NCBI GenBank assembly: GCA_973895155.1 | Contig: OZ316894.1 | Span: 124,001 to 188,000 of the forward strand | From: Marsupella aquatica | Lineage: Eukaryota; Plantae; Marchantiophyta | Direction: 5' to 3' | DNA length: 64,000 nucleotides | In this document: positions 46,942-58,643 of the stretch, piece after piece | How the letters are laid out: every line of letters starts with the position of its first letter | Position numbering within the stretch: position 1 is the stretch's first letter | Made by a program: the position numbers and the translations under genes | The notes under the pieces: model-generated | The model's database searches: none | Seen by the model: the letters and a program-made list of their open reading frames with translations, nothing else | Told to the model about the DNA's origin: nothing

Positions 46942-49900
46942 CTCGTGTGATTTGCGTCATTTTCAATGGTGACAGAGGTTCACTAGTTGAGCTCGAGGCG
47001 GCAATGCACACCGTGAACCAGTAAGTTCTATTCGTTAACTGTTGTTACCCCTGTCATTCATTTTGGACCAAACATGCTTTGCGAAAGTGTTCATTCCCCA
47101 ATTTTTGCTAGCGCCCGGCGCTACTAATTCCTTTTCATTGCATCCAGGCTTGGACAAGCAGTCGTCGAGCCTTCCTGGATTCTTGACGCGGACAGAATTT
47201 CCCAAATTCTGTCATGTGATCTTGATCACTATAAGCCACTCATCGACAGCGCGAACATGGCAAAGTTTGAGGCGATCCAAAAGAAGACGAGAAAGGGGTC
47301 TTGGTTTACACATAAAATGCCACAGGATGCTCTCATCTACATTCTGTGTGTGGACAAAATCAAGTCTTACTCAAATCAATTTAAGTCTGATATGGCTTTA
47401 GCCAAAGCTCAAGGGGCTTCTTGGTCAGAAGAGGAGACCATAAAGAGGCATGAGGCAATGATGAAGGAGGCGACCAAAGATTGGTCGATCAAAGTGACAA
47501 AGATCACCCCTTTACTTCATCCGGATTTTGGAGATTATTTGGGAACCTGTGCTGAGATGTATCCCGTAACTGAGAAGAACAAACGGGAGAAGAAGCCAGA
47601 CACAGTTGTATGCACAATGGATCGAGCCAGGTTGTTTACTGCTGTTTCATACCTGGATCCAAAATTGAGGTGCACCTTTCTAGTAGCCCACTGCACTCCC
47701 AAGATTCGGAAACAGTTTTTCCATCCTGCAAGTGTCAACGACGAGCCTGTGAAGCAGTGGTGCCATACATGGCATACTTGGAATTTTGTGGAGGGAATTG
47801 CAACTGGAATGCTTCACACTTCCTTCAAACAGATTTCTGACCGGATGCCAGCTGACCGTCTCACAAAGTCTGGGTGTGAGTCAATGGAGGCCATGCTTAA
47901 GATCATTCTCGATGAATTCAAAAACTTTGGGGATCTTGTCAAGGCAAAATTCTTCAACAACTTGTGGCCTTCCAAATATGCGGACAAGGAAGATTACACA
48001 GAGCGGAACCGGAAGAGAGCCAAACGATATCTATACCGGTTTTACATGTGGATGGAGCTTAGATCTCCTGACACTCTATGGGCATACCCGGCTGCATTTC
48101 AGAAATGGGTGTCTATCGAAGAGGGAGACGCTCTTGCCGACCTTTATTCGATGTACCCAGCGGAGGGAAAGTTTCCACCACGTTCATTGTCGGAGTGGGA
48201 GAGACTTCACTGTCCGTGGTACCTCAACACAGACAAATGGGATTTACCGTTCAACGAAGCTGAGAAGGATGCCTTCATGAAGTTGCAGAAGTCCCAGATC
48301 CCTGCCAACTATGTGTCTGCAATGAAGCAAGGTCTCCAGTCTGATGTTGACGAATCTGCATCTGAGTTACAGAAGAATTGTGAGTCTCTTGTCATGCACG
48401 TTGACCGAAGCCGTAAGCCAAGAGCAAAGGCGAAGAATGAGTCAGCTGCACCAAGTAACTCCACAAGGTCCTTCAAGAAAAGTGAGTAGTCTAAGCGCTT
48501 TTTGGTTACTTGTTGGCGCTGCTTATGCAGGAGTTTCATTAGGAAATTCCTTTGATTAATAGCGCCTGGCGCTAGTCTGAAAGGTTGGACTCATTCAAGT
48601 TTCTGTGTCTAACAGGAGGTCGAAAGTCTGACACGGAGGTCCCGGCTGCCGAAGGGAAGAATGATGCAACTCCTCAGGCATCGGAGGCAAACACTGGAGC
48701 TCAAGAAACTCCGGATCAAGGGACCCCGGATGGTGCTGGCAAATCCATTGTCCCTCTTGACGCAACTAGCACGAAGAAAAAGAAAAAGAGAGGCGCCGGT
48801 GAGGACAGAGTAGCATCATCTACTCGAGACGTTATTTCCTGTGGACTCCAGAGAGATGTCAGGAATTTTAAGCAAAGGTGTTCTAGACACTGTTTTGTGG
48901 AGTCCAATTTAAATGAATTTTATGATTCGGTATTTAACAAGGGGATGAAGCCCATGTGGGTTACTAAAGTTGAGGCCTGGGGAAAGGAATTGGTAAAGTC
49001 AGGAGACAGAGAGAAGGGAGTAATGCATGGCGGAAAAGAGAGGGGCTTTGGTGTGGATGCTGGTTTCATCTACATTCCCACTGGATTAAAACCAACACTT
49101 CTTGATCGGAAGGTTCCCAAGTGGAACCTTTAGGATTACACTATTCCCAGCTCTTTCTTCCGAGCCATGGAGCCGTTCCTTGCAGACGATGGCCTACTTG
49201 CAATTTTACACAGAGGAGACTATGATCAGGTATCTGAAGTGATTGCGGCTTGCCAGGATTCTAAGTGTTTCCAGTGTATTTCAACCCACCATGTGGTCAT
49301 GACTACACCAATGTATAGGCCCCGATCTGATACTCAGGTAACAATTCCTATGGCACATACCAGCGCCCGACGCTACTATCAGCATTTGCAATATCTACAA
49401 TTCACTTATCTTTCGTAAGGATGAATGGTTGACTAGCGCCAAGCGCTAATATATGTGTCTGTTTTCTTATACTGCCTTCATTGGGAAACTGTGTTGCAGA
49501 TATTCACACTTACTCTTAATATATTTTGCCGCATTTCGACAAAGGGAAGGGTCCCGAAAGACCCCAAGTTCCGGCCACTATCGAATGAAGAAGACCCTTC
49601 CATCACTAACATTATTGGGTTTTCGTTGCCGCGACATGACCCGACTCCTGAGCTCCAATTTGCAGGAAATTCACGATTGCCTGTGGGTTTCATGCAAACT
49701 ATTTTGGAATTGGTGACTCTTCCTAGAGATATTGTTATGGACTGGACAGTAGGTTCCGGTAGTACGTTTGTGGCTGGAGATTATTCTGGTCGCTTTGTTG
49801 TTGGGCTGGAAAATCGGCCAGAGTTTGTTGATACTTCCGATAGGGTCTTCCTTGATCTTTTACAGAACAAAGAAGTGGTTGCACCAACTCCTCCTAAGAA

Positions 49901-50794
49901 GATTCCTGGAAGTAAGAAGCAGGACAGGCTCCGTGCTATTCTAAATTTTGATTCGAAAGACGAGGATGAGGGTGGCAATGCTTCTCAGCAACCTAAGATG
50001 ATGAGGTGTCGAAGAATGTGGTGGACCTTGGATCTGGAGATGAGGACAGTGAAGAGTCAGAAGAGTCATTTTCTTTAGCTTTCTTTCTCTCATTGTATAC
50101 TTTTTTCCAAAGAACTCTACTCCCTTTTGTCTAGAAAATTCGCCCGATTTCCCGACTTCGACTAAAGAACTCCAGTTCAAATTCTCAGGTTAGAGTGGAA
50201 TCTTTGGAGGTGTTTTCAACTTCGAAGGAACGTCTCTAGGAACGTTGTACAGACCCCGGAGAAGCCATTTGTTCTCCCCTCTTATGCTGAAAAGGCGGCA
50301 CGACGGGCAGATTCAGTCAGGACGCTTACTTGGGAGAGTAAGGGTCTTAGACTCAGGAGAGGCTCAGATAGAAAGTTTGTGCAGAATCACTTCGTAGATG
50401 ATATTGCAAAATCCAAGTATGTGGACGACGAAGCAGAGTCCACTGATAGATCAGAAAGTAGCGGTTCTGAATCGGGCTCAGAGTTGAGTGGTGGTTGTGG
50501 ATCTGGTCTTTAGTTTTCCTTGTTTTATTTACCCGTTTATGGAGAACGACGACACTCAATAAGAACGTCGTGACGTGTCGGATTAGAGTAGCGCCCGACG
50601 CTATTACTGTAGCCGGTAGTTCAAAGAGGTTTTTATTTGGTTGTTTTCCTTATAGCGCCCGACGCTAGTATAAATGTACTCAATGGCCGCTTCACGTCCA
50701 ATATATGTGACAATATTTTCATACCCTTCGGTGTCTTTTTTTGGGTGCACATTTGCTGGTATGAGTTTTGCTGTTTGCTGTTTGCTGTTTGCTA

Positions 50795-53700
50795 TCACGG
50801 AGAGATCCCCCAATGGGTTTTGTCAAAACAAATCTTGTTTTTCAAGCGCGCCTCTATCACTCTCTCCCTTGTAAGCTCTATTGTGCCTGGCTTACGACTA
50901 AAGTGCTCAATCCTTCTTGCAATCAGTTCTGGAGTTGAGACCAGATCTCTCCATTCTATGGTGCGCCAGCTACAGACATCTTCCTCAATTGGCATGAGTT
51001 GTAGATGTCCTGAAACTAGCTCAACTGGTGGAAATCTAGTTACTGAACTACAAGTGATTCTATCAGCCATGAGTGCCAAAGGTAGCAAATCAGGCTATAG
51101 TGAAGGCTTACCATGACATGCTTTTACTAATGCATTGACAATAGGCGGATGTCCTCTTTCACTTTTGCCATTTGCCTCTGGATTGTAAGCTGTGGTTAGT
51201 TTGAGACGAATATGAAATTTCTTGAAGAACTCTCTTGCTTCATCAAAATCTAATTCTCCACGATTTGCTCGCATCTGGTAGAACCAGCCATGTCTAGAAA
51301 TGATATCCTCTAACATAAATCGATAAACTTGTGAAGTTGCGTTTGATGTTAATGCTCTTCCCTCCACATATGACGACAAGTCTTCCCTGGCTAGAACTAG
51401 GAACTTGGCTCCACAAACTCCTAATGACATATGAACCAGATCAAGCACCCATTGAAAGTGAAGTGATAATGGGTGAGTTGGCTTTAACCCATCACGATGC
51501 CGGATTTTGGAGTAGACTTGACAAATTTCACAAATTTTCACATACCTTCTCACATTCGTATAAACTCTCGGCCACCAATACAATCCTCTGACCCTATCAT
51601 AAGTGGCTTGAACTCCTCAATGGCCAACTATCTCCATATCATGACATTCTTGTAGAATCTTGATTTTGGTGTCCTCATCTTCCACCACTCTCATCGGTAT
51701 CTGGTTTGACTTCTTCGCTTGGCGCCATAAGTACCCATCTTGTAGAAGAAAACCATAAGACTTCTTTCGAATCTTTTCAAATTCTTCTCTGCTCCATTAT
51801 GGATTTTTCTCTAATATACTAAGATACCTTCCTATAGTGAGAAGTTCATTAGAGTACAACTCCTCTCTAAAAGTTGGCATCTCTGATACCTCACGTGCTT
51901 CTACTTTGTATTCTTCATGCTTTTCATACTGAGCTCTAGATAGCATATCAGCTACTGGATTATTCTTTCCAGCTATATGCTTAAGTTTTGGATTAATCAT
52001 TCTAATGAATGTTATCCATTGTAGCATTGCTATATCAGGGGTATCACAATTTGCAATCATCCCTAATAATGGCAAGCAATTTGTCTCAAAAACTACATAC
52101 GCATCGATCAAGCTATCTTTCTCTTGTTTTAATGCAATTTTTGCACCCCACAACTCACGCTTGACTTGAGGGTACCTTCTTTGCCACTTTTGTGAAGATC
52201 TTTGCTCCAAATCTTGATGCATAGCTATTGCCTTCCTCATCATCATGTCCAAGCGCCCATCCTGTAGCATAAGGACTTGAATCCACCGTGATGATTATTG
52301 GTTGCCCATTGGTGTAGTCTAGCGATCGCATGACTGCTGACTTTTGTAGAGCGTCCTTTAACTTGCTCATTGCAATTGTATGGTCTATTGTCCATACAAA
52401 CTTGGTTCTCTTTCTCAAGATTTGATATAGAGGTTTCGCAATATAAGCAAAGTACGGAAATCCAAATACAATAGAAGACACATCCTCCAAGATATCTCCT
52501 TACTTCTTGCACTGTGGTGCAATCTCTCATCTTGATTGCATCCACCTTATTGTTGTTTGGTTTGTGGCCATATGTTCCACACATATGCCCTACAACCAAT
52601 ACCTCTTTAAGCCCAAATGCAGTAAACTCAATAGAAAGAGTTACTTCTACTTCTATCAATTGATGTAGAATGACTTCCATATCTTGCATATGCTGCCAAA
52701 TGAACTGCCTCATTCCATCCTTCCTCAATGTCTCATCTTTTTTACTTTCCGCACATCCCTTGATTGGTATGTCATCAAGAAATGGACAAGTTTTCTCTGG
52801 AATAAATGATTGCAAAATGTGATTCGCAACATTTTGCATGTGCGCCACTGAGTTTGTTGTTCCTTGTGGAAGAGTACACATCTTCAATAACCCAAGTGAA
52901 GTTCTCATGGTAGTGATGTCTCGGCTTCCTTCTGCAAGCTAAAATTGATCATATCCTGAATAGAGATCTCCAATTGAATAGACGGTCCTTCCTACAAACT
53001 CCTCCGCAAATTCATCCACGATTGGCCTAATTCCTACATTTTGAATGGTAACTCTATTTGGCGGTTGCATATCCTGTATGAACCTTAACTTCTTCTTCTT
53101 TCAAATTGTGAACCACCAATTGGAGTACATGGTGTCTCTGACCTCTCCAAAATCTTGGCTATCAGCTTCTCTTTTAGTAGCTCCACTAGTTGCGGTAGCA
53201 AAGCCTTAGGAACCGGAACAGGTTTCAAGTCCCATAGTATATGTGGGACTGTGAAAATCATCATTGGTGCTATCTTGCGTGGATTAGCACACTCGATCTC
53301 CTCAATATTGAAGGCAAAAGCCTTCCCATTTCTAGCAATCATCTCTTTGAAAGCATTTTGCTCAACCATGGTAAGCAAGCCATGTCCTCCAATTTTGGTC
53401 TGTTCCAATGTCTTCTTTGTGAAGACATGGCCTATTCTCTTGGAATCTCTTAGTCGTGGTTCTTCTTGTGCTCTTCGTAGCAATTCTCCTACTTCCAAAG
53501 GCAATGAAATTGCGGTTGGTCGAACCTTTCTATCCACTGTTTTGTACTTTGTATTGACATCCACTATGAAGTTCTCTCCCAATCTCAATTTCTGATTTGC
53601 CTTGCTCAATTGACAAAATCACTTGCTCCACAAACTTGCCTTCTCCTTGTTCTTGCAATACACCAACAACTGTCTTGCCTTCTTCAATTTCCTTTGCTGC

Positions 53701-54750
53701 TTGCATCATACCTTCTCTTCTCCTCAATCCTTTTTGTATTTTTCTAGCTGCTTCCTTTGTCTGTAAGAAGGAGACAACCTTATCTGTCCCCATGCCAACA
53801 CATGAGGATGTGAAATACTTCTCAATACTGACTTCTTCAACTTGTGGTGGGGCTATACTTTTGGCGCCTCAATCTCCCACCTTTATTGTCGAGACACCTA
53901 GTGGAAACCCCAAGACAGTACTTTTCTTCTCTAGAGCCCTGAGCTCCCGCCTATTTCTATCATTTTCTGGCCGAATAGTCAGGAATTGGACGATTCTCAT
54001 ACTATTGCGGCTCTTCACCTTTGCCACATGTGTACCATCATCCAACACCTTAGTCTCCATTCTTAGTTGTGTGATGAATGGCTGCCCTAAAATGATTGGA
54101 TATGGCAAACTATCATGGACAAAAATATTAATGGGCTCGATTACATTGCCCACTTTTATATTCACATCTGGGCAAGCTCCCCACAATGCATTTTTGGTAG
54201 CATTGACATAATTCACCTTCCATTGGATGTCATAGTCCACAACCCACTACCCTTCTTCATATAATTCTTTGACATCAGGTTCACTTCTGATCCTGTGTCA
54301 ATCAATGCACGGATTGGTCCCTCAATTCCCTCCATCTCAATTTCACTGCACCCTTGGGCCGAGTATGATTCTTGTGTTTCTTCAACCTTGGACGCCAAGG
54401 ACCCACCCCTTTCTTTACATGTAGCCTCGTAGACTACAATGGTTTAATTTCTCAACTTACTCCAACTCATCTTCATAGTCTACCTCCAATTGATAGCTTT
54501 CTCCGATACCACTTTCATCCTCTTGCGAAAGTTGAAGTGTGTGAGGACCTTCCTTGTAGAATCGCTTTTTCTTTGCTTTGGACAATATGATGTCTTGCAC
54601 ATCCCTTCTCAGACTGCCAAAGAATTCCTCATTAGAGAAACCCTTCACTTGTTGTCTCCAAAACTTGTTGGCAATTTCTTGCGGATCAAGTTCCATATCC
54701 ACCTCTCGGCTCAACATCCATCCTAGTCCCTTTCTGCTTGTTGACATTGG
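50795..54750 (-). pseudogene. pol: Ty3/Gypsy pol remnant of a different lineage (PR-RT-RH-IN), heavily decayed
   Basis: Protease ALIDTGSEVN. RT LPQGTTNS and FLDD. RNase H TVDSS, RYPQVKRELWG, HIAGKNNPVADMLSR. Integrase CEIC, WVLDLVHM, AYNPEANGKSERGH. Confidence 0.9.
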
Positions 54751-57700
54751 TATGACGTCGCCAGCACGGCTGGTAATGAGTAATATGGCTTAAACCATGT
54801 TATGCACGTTAGAAGTAGACTTAGAAGCCCATAGTTATTAACGTAACGACACAAATTAGCTGGTCATGATGGTTAAGATAGGATTTAGTAATAATGAGAA
54901 TTCATGTTCGGGTTGGCGGCACTGCGCCTAATGTACCGTAGGATTAGGGGCGTGTTATGGTTGTCCACCTTGGATCCGTATAACTGATCCGGAGGCGGCC
55001 CTCTGGCACGCCCTGACCCGGACCTGAGGAGTGGTCGGTACACCTCGGGCGTGAGGAGCTTGGCCTATCACAAGCAGGAGAAATCGATCGGTCGACGCGC
55101 CACAAGGGTATAAAAGGTGAGCTCTTCCCCGCCTGTGGGTCACCAATTCACTCCGTGCATCAGCTTTGCTCCCAACTCCTCTATTTCATCCTTAGCAATC
55201 CAACGCACCTCGCCATATGTCTGTCACGGTTATGTCCAACTCTGCCATTTGCTTTTGGTTTCAATTTTTTAGCGTTGGTAACCATCTTGCAAAATCAATC
55301 ATAGAGCACAACCTGTGAGGGTACAAAGCCGAAAGACATTACAAATGGCTTATCCGTTTGAACGGGTGTCATCACTACAATAACAATTTGAATCTTCCGT
55401 TTGAGAGCAAGTACTGCCAGGATGAAGAGATGGCCAAATTCTTCTTCAAAGGGACTGTAAAGTACCTCGGCTTCAGAGAAGCGCTCCTCCAACTCCCGGA
55501 CGAGGTCTTCAGGATCCCGGGCACGATGGGCTTGCAGCGCCATCACTTTGACGACATACCCGCCATAGTGCAGGCCTTCCTCGACTGTCGGTTTGGTAAT
55601 AGCTTGTCACATCGTCAGCTGTGGCCTTAACTCGGGCTTCAGCTTAGACGGGCACATCCTTCATAAATATGAGGGTTCGGGCAGGGAGGGAAGCACGTAA
55701 TGCACCTAATTCGTGTAAACTAGCGCTAAGTGCGACTACTGTTAGATATGGACACCTCCTAGGTATGGTTTGTGTTTCGCCACCGGAACGTACCTTAGTC
55801 GATAGCAGGATCGACCCCGACTTAAGGGCTTCTAAGCCTTCATGTTGTCCGCCTTCGATCCGGATTTGATGATACGGGTCCTCAACCTGTGCTTGCAACC
55901 ACTTACCCGCAAGCTGCACCCCGTGCACGACTCAGGTAGTGCGTTCGGCCCGGCGTTGGCACCTATACACGAGATTCACACACACATACACACTCACAAG
56001 CATACAATCTCGATTTACACGAAGGAAATAATGGGAAAGTATTGTACTACATAGGGGATATATGCGTACACTTGGTTGACCCGACAGCTCTGGAGTGAAC
56101 AGTTCCAAGGCCAAGGGTGTACACTACAACGGAGCCCGGCTCCGCACTCGCCCAACGAGCTTAGTCCTACCCCCTCCCCTTAGTATTCTTTCACTCCCAA
56201 AGGTCGGGACTCCCCGCATATACCGCGGATGTCCAATTCTGAGACTCAAAAACCCCCCCTTGCCTCTACCGAGGGGCGCACTAAATACTAAGGGCCGAGG
56301 AACGAAGTGGCCTCACGTCCAAAGATTCACTGACTTAGGTCCTAACTAAGCTGACTGTCAGGCCAAAAAGCGGCTGTGTCTTATTAGAAGATCCTAATCT
56401 ACGCAGGTTGGACAGCATGGCAGTGCTGCTCTCACTAGGACAAGTGCCTGTCCCAATAGCTTGATTTAGCTATTCCTAGCCCTATTCTATTCCTACTCTG
56501 CCGCTAATGTCTGGCACGCTTGCCAGAGCCGCCCGAGTGGGAGCGGCCATCCCGCTGCTTACAAAGTCTATCGTTGTCCGCCTTGAGGAGCTAGACTTAG
56601 TCTAGTAGAGATTCGTTCTCTCGCTTCGCCACGTCCGTCTCCTCCGCTGCCTCCTAGCATGCCTCCTCCAGCTGCTGGGCGTCGCTTGTCAGCTTGCCCA
56701 CCACCTAGTCCTACTTCTCGGCTTCGGTTTGAAGCCGCGCTACTTCGGCCTGTAGCGTGGCTATCTCTGCAGTGTCCCGCTGGGCCCGTTCTTCGGCCTC
56801 CTCCAGGTCTTTCTGCCAGATGACAGTTTGATTTTTCAAACTGTCAATCTGGGTCTGGAGCCATGCAATCTTGGCCTCGTTCCCAGCTTTGGCCTGTTTG
56901 GCTAGGGCGGTAAGGGCGTGCGCCTTTGCTAACAACTCATCGGCGGCTGCAACTTTGGGTCGTAGTTGTAGAAGCTCAGCCTCTTGAGCTGCAACCTTGT
57001 CCTTTAAGTATACGGACTCCACCCGATACCGCTCTATCCTCTGAAGGGCCTCTGACTGGGCCCGACCTGCCTTTACTGCGGCAACTAACTCCTGATTGAA
57101 GAAACAGACTACCTTCCGGGCCATGAACTCCCCGGTATCCCGGGCAATCTGTTGAGAGAAATCTCCCAAAAGCCCGTTCAGAAATGTACCCGGTACAAAG
57201 AGTTTCGGGTGGTCCAGGTTGTGCCTGACCGGATTTGGGCACGGGCAGACGTCAACACGCGCGGGGGCCGGGGTAGTGACATCCAGCCCTGGAGAAGTAG
57301 TGTTGGAAGGGGCTGGAGTGTCCTCCTCTAGCAATGTCCGTTCCTCCGGAGTAGCCACCGGTGGGTTTTCGGGAAACCCGGGCTCGAGTAAGGCCTCCGT
57401 GGTCCCGACTTCTGTACTTTGCCCGGCCTGGTTGATCGCATCTACGGTTGCAATTACCGACCCATCCGGTACCTCTTCGGCCACGGCTACAACTACTTGT
57501 GGAGGTGGGGTGGGTGAAGCCTGCGTGGCCGCTGGACTTTGGGCCTCGGGTTGGGGCCGTCTCTCCAAGGCCGGGAAAACCCACCTAGTTGGGACTAGCT
57601 TAGTTACGTTGACACGGGGGAGGGTTCATTGATCAAACCGGGCGTACCACTCGAGAATGATCTCGATGTGGCTTGCAAAATACGCCTTCCCGCCGATGTA

Positions 57701-58643
57701 TAGCGTCTTTCTTCGCCGCTCCATCTCTTCATGGAATTTCTTAGCGAAGTACGACGCCCACTTCCTAGGTCGATAGTTCTCGACCTAGATAACATGGGCA
57801 GCGGAGATCTCACCCCGGGGTTCCATCATGTGGAGGGCGTACCTTTGGAACTCCAGTCGCTCAGCTATCTTGGGGATGAGGCAGGTCCTCATCACGAACC
57901 TGTTGTCCATTGATCCCTTGGGGGGAAAACCCGAGGATTGGTACTTGGCTCCCTTGCCCCCGGGAGCCCGTGATTCGACTCGGTGGTCACCTTCGGGTAA
58001 CCCGAAGATCATCTTGAGCCGTTCTTCTGTGAGGGACATATTCCTTCCCTGCAGCCAAGTATGCTGACGGCCGTCGTCATAATTCTTGACGAATTCCGTC
58101 ATGTCCTCCCCGTAGTACCTGCAAGTATTTCAGGGGAGAGAGGCGAGGTGCTCGAATCCCTGAGTTTTCAGGTACACCGCATGTTTGGGATGGAGGATGT
58201 TCTTATGCACGTTTTCCCCCATGCGGTGCATTGTCACCTTGGCTGCGGCTACCGTGGCCATGGGTAACCCGGATGCAGCAGCGGGTTCCTTCCTCTTCTT
58301 TCCCCGTGACTGGCTAGGGGAGGGTGACACCTCCCCATCCTCTCGATCGGGTATAGGTAGTGCTACTGCCGTTAGTATTGGGGCCGGGGCGGCCACGGTC
58401 ACCGTGTTGTCTGCTGGAGCCGCTTCTCGGGTCCGGACTTGGGAAGGGGACGATGTAGTATCGGCTCCCTGAGTGTTCGCTCCTCTGGCCCGCCTGAGCA
58501 AAGGTGGGGTAGCCTCGTCATCGTTGCTAAGGTCCATAGCGTTGATGACGGAGCGTACCTGTACTGGCGGGATGACTGGCGGTGGGGATTGGCTAGGCTG
58601 AGGCAGAGGCTGAAGCTGATCTTGAGCTGATGTGGGTACAGGT
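54751..58643 (-). mobile_element. ORF-containing LTR of a family related to 1344-15141, truncated by the next insertion
   Basis: Shares CGGGACTCCCCG and CTAAATACTA motifs in the same order as LTR positions 1911-1997. Minus-strand ORFs 56711-58537 are homologous to 2330-3857. Left boundary is tentative. Confidence 0.55.
56711..58537 (-). pseudogene. LTR accessory protein homologue
   Basis: MTEFVKNYD..LQGRNMSLTEERLKMIFGLP..ERLEFQRYALHMMEPRGEIS matches 3297-3857; C-terminal coiled coil. Confidence 0.7.

Larger units (their letters stand above)
43845..50078 (+). pseudogene. ParB/Srx-like domain plus N4C/N6A DNA methyltransferase-like protein (cargo of the MULE); three introns; disrupted by a solo LTR and two stops
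   Basis: ParB-like: QIPLCRLLPMEVV..KLKESFRVTGY..FCVFDGNHRLYSW. Introns 47021-47147, 48482-48615 and 49338-49499 all preserve the frame. MTase-like: PFLADDGLLAI and RLPVGFMQTILELVTLPRDIVMDWTVGSGSTFVAG..GRFVVGLE. Stops at 44157 and 49131. Confidence 0.78.
25600..50670. mobile_element. Large Mutator-like (MULE) element with a ParB-MTase cargo gene; ends not resolved; contains two nested insertions
   Basis: MULE transposase on the minus strand and a divergent cargo gene on the plus strand. Extent is inferred from the TAGCGC-N3-GCGCTA motif (25621-50667). No TIR or TSD found. Confidence 0.6.

Noticed and set aside
43845-50078. Bacterial or phage contamination as the source of ParB-MTase
   Set aside because: The gene has spliceosomal introns and a plant LTR insertion with a TSD, and is embedded in plant TEs.
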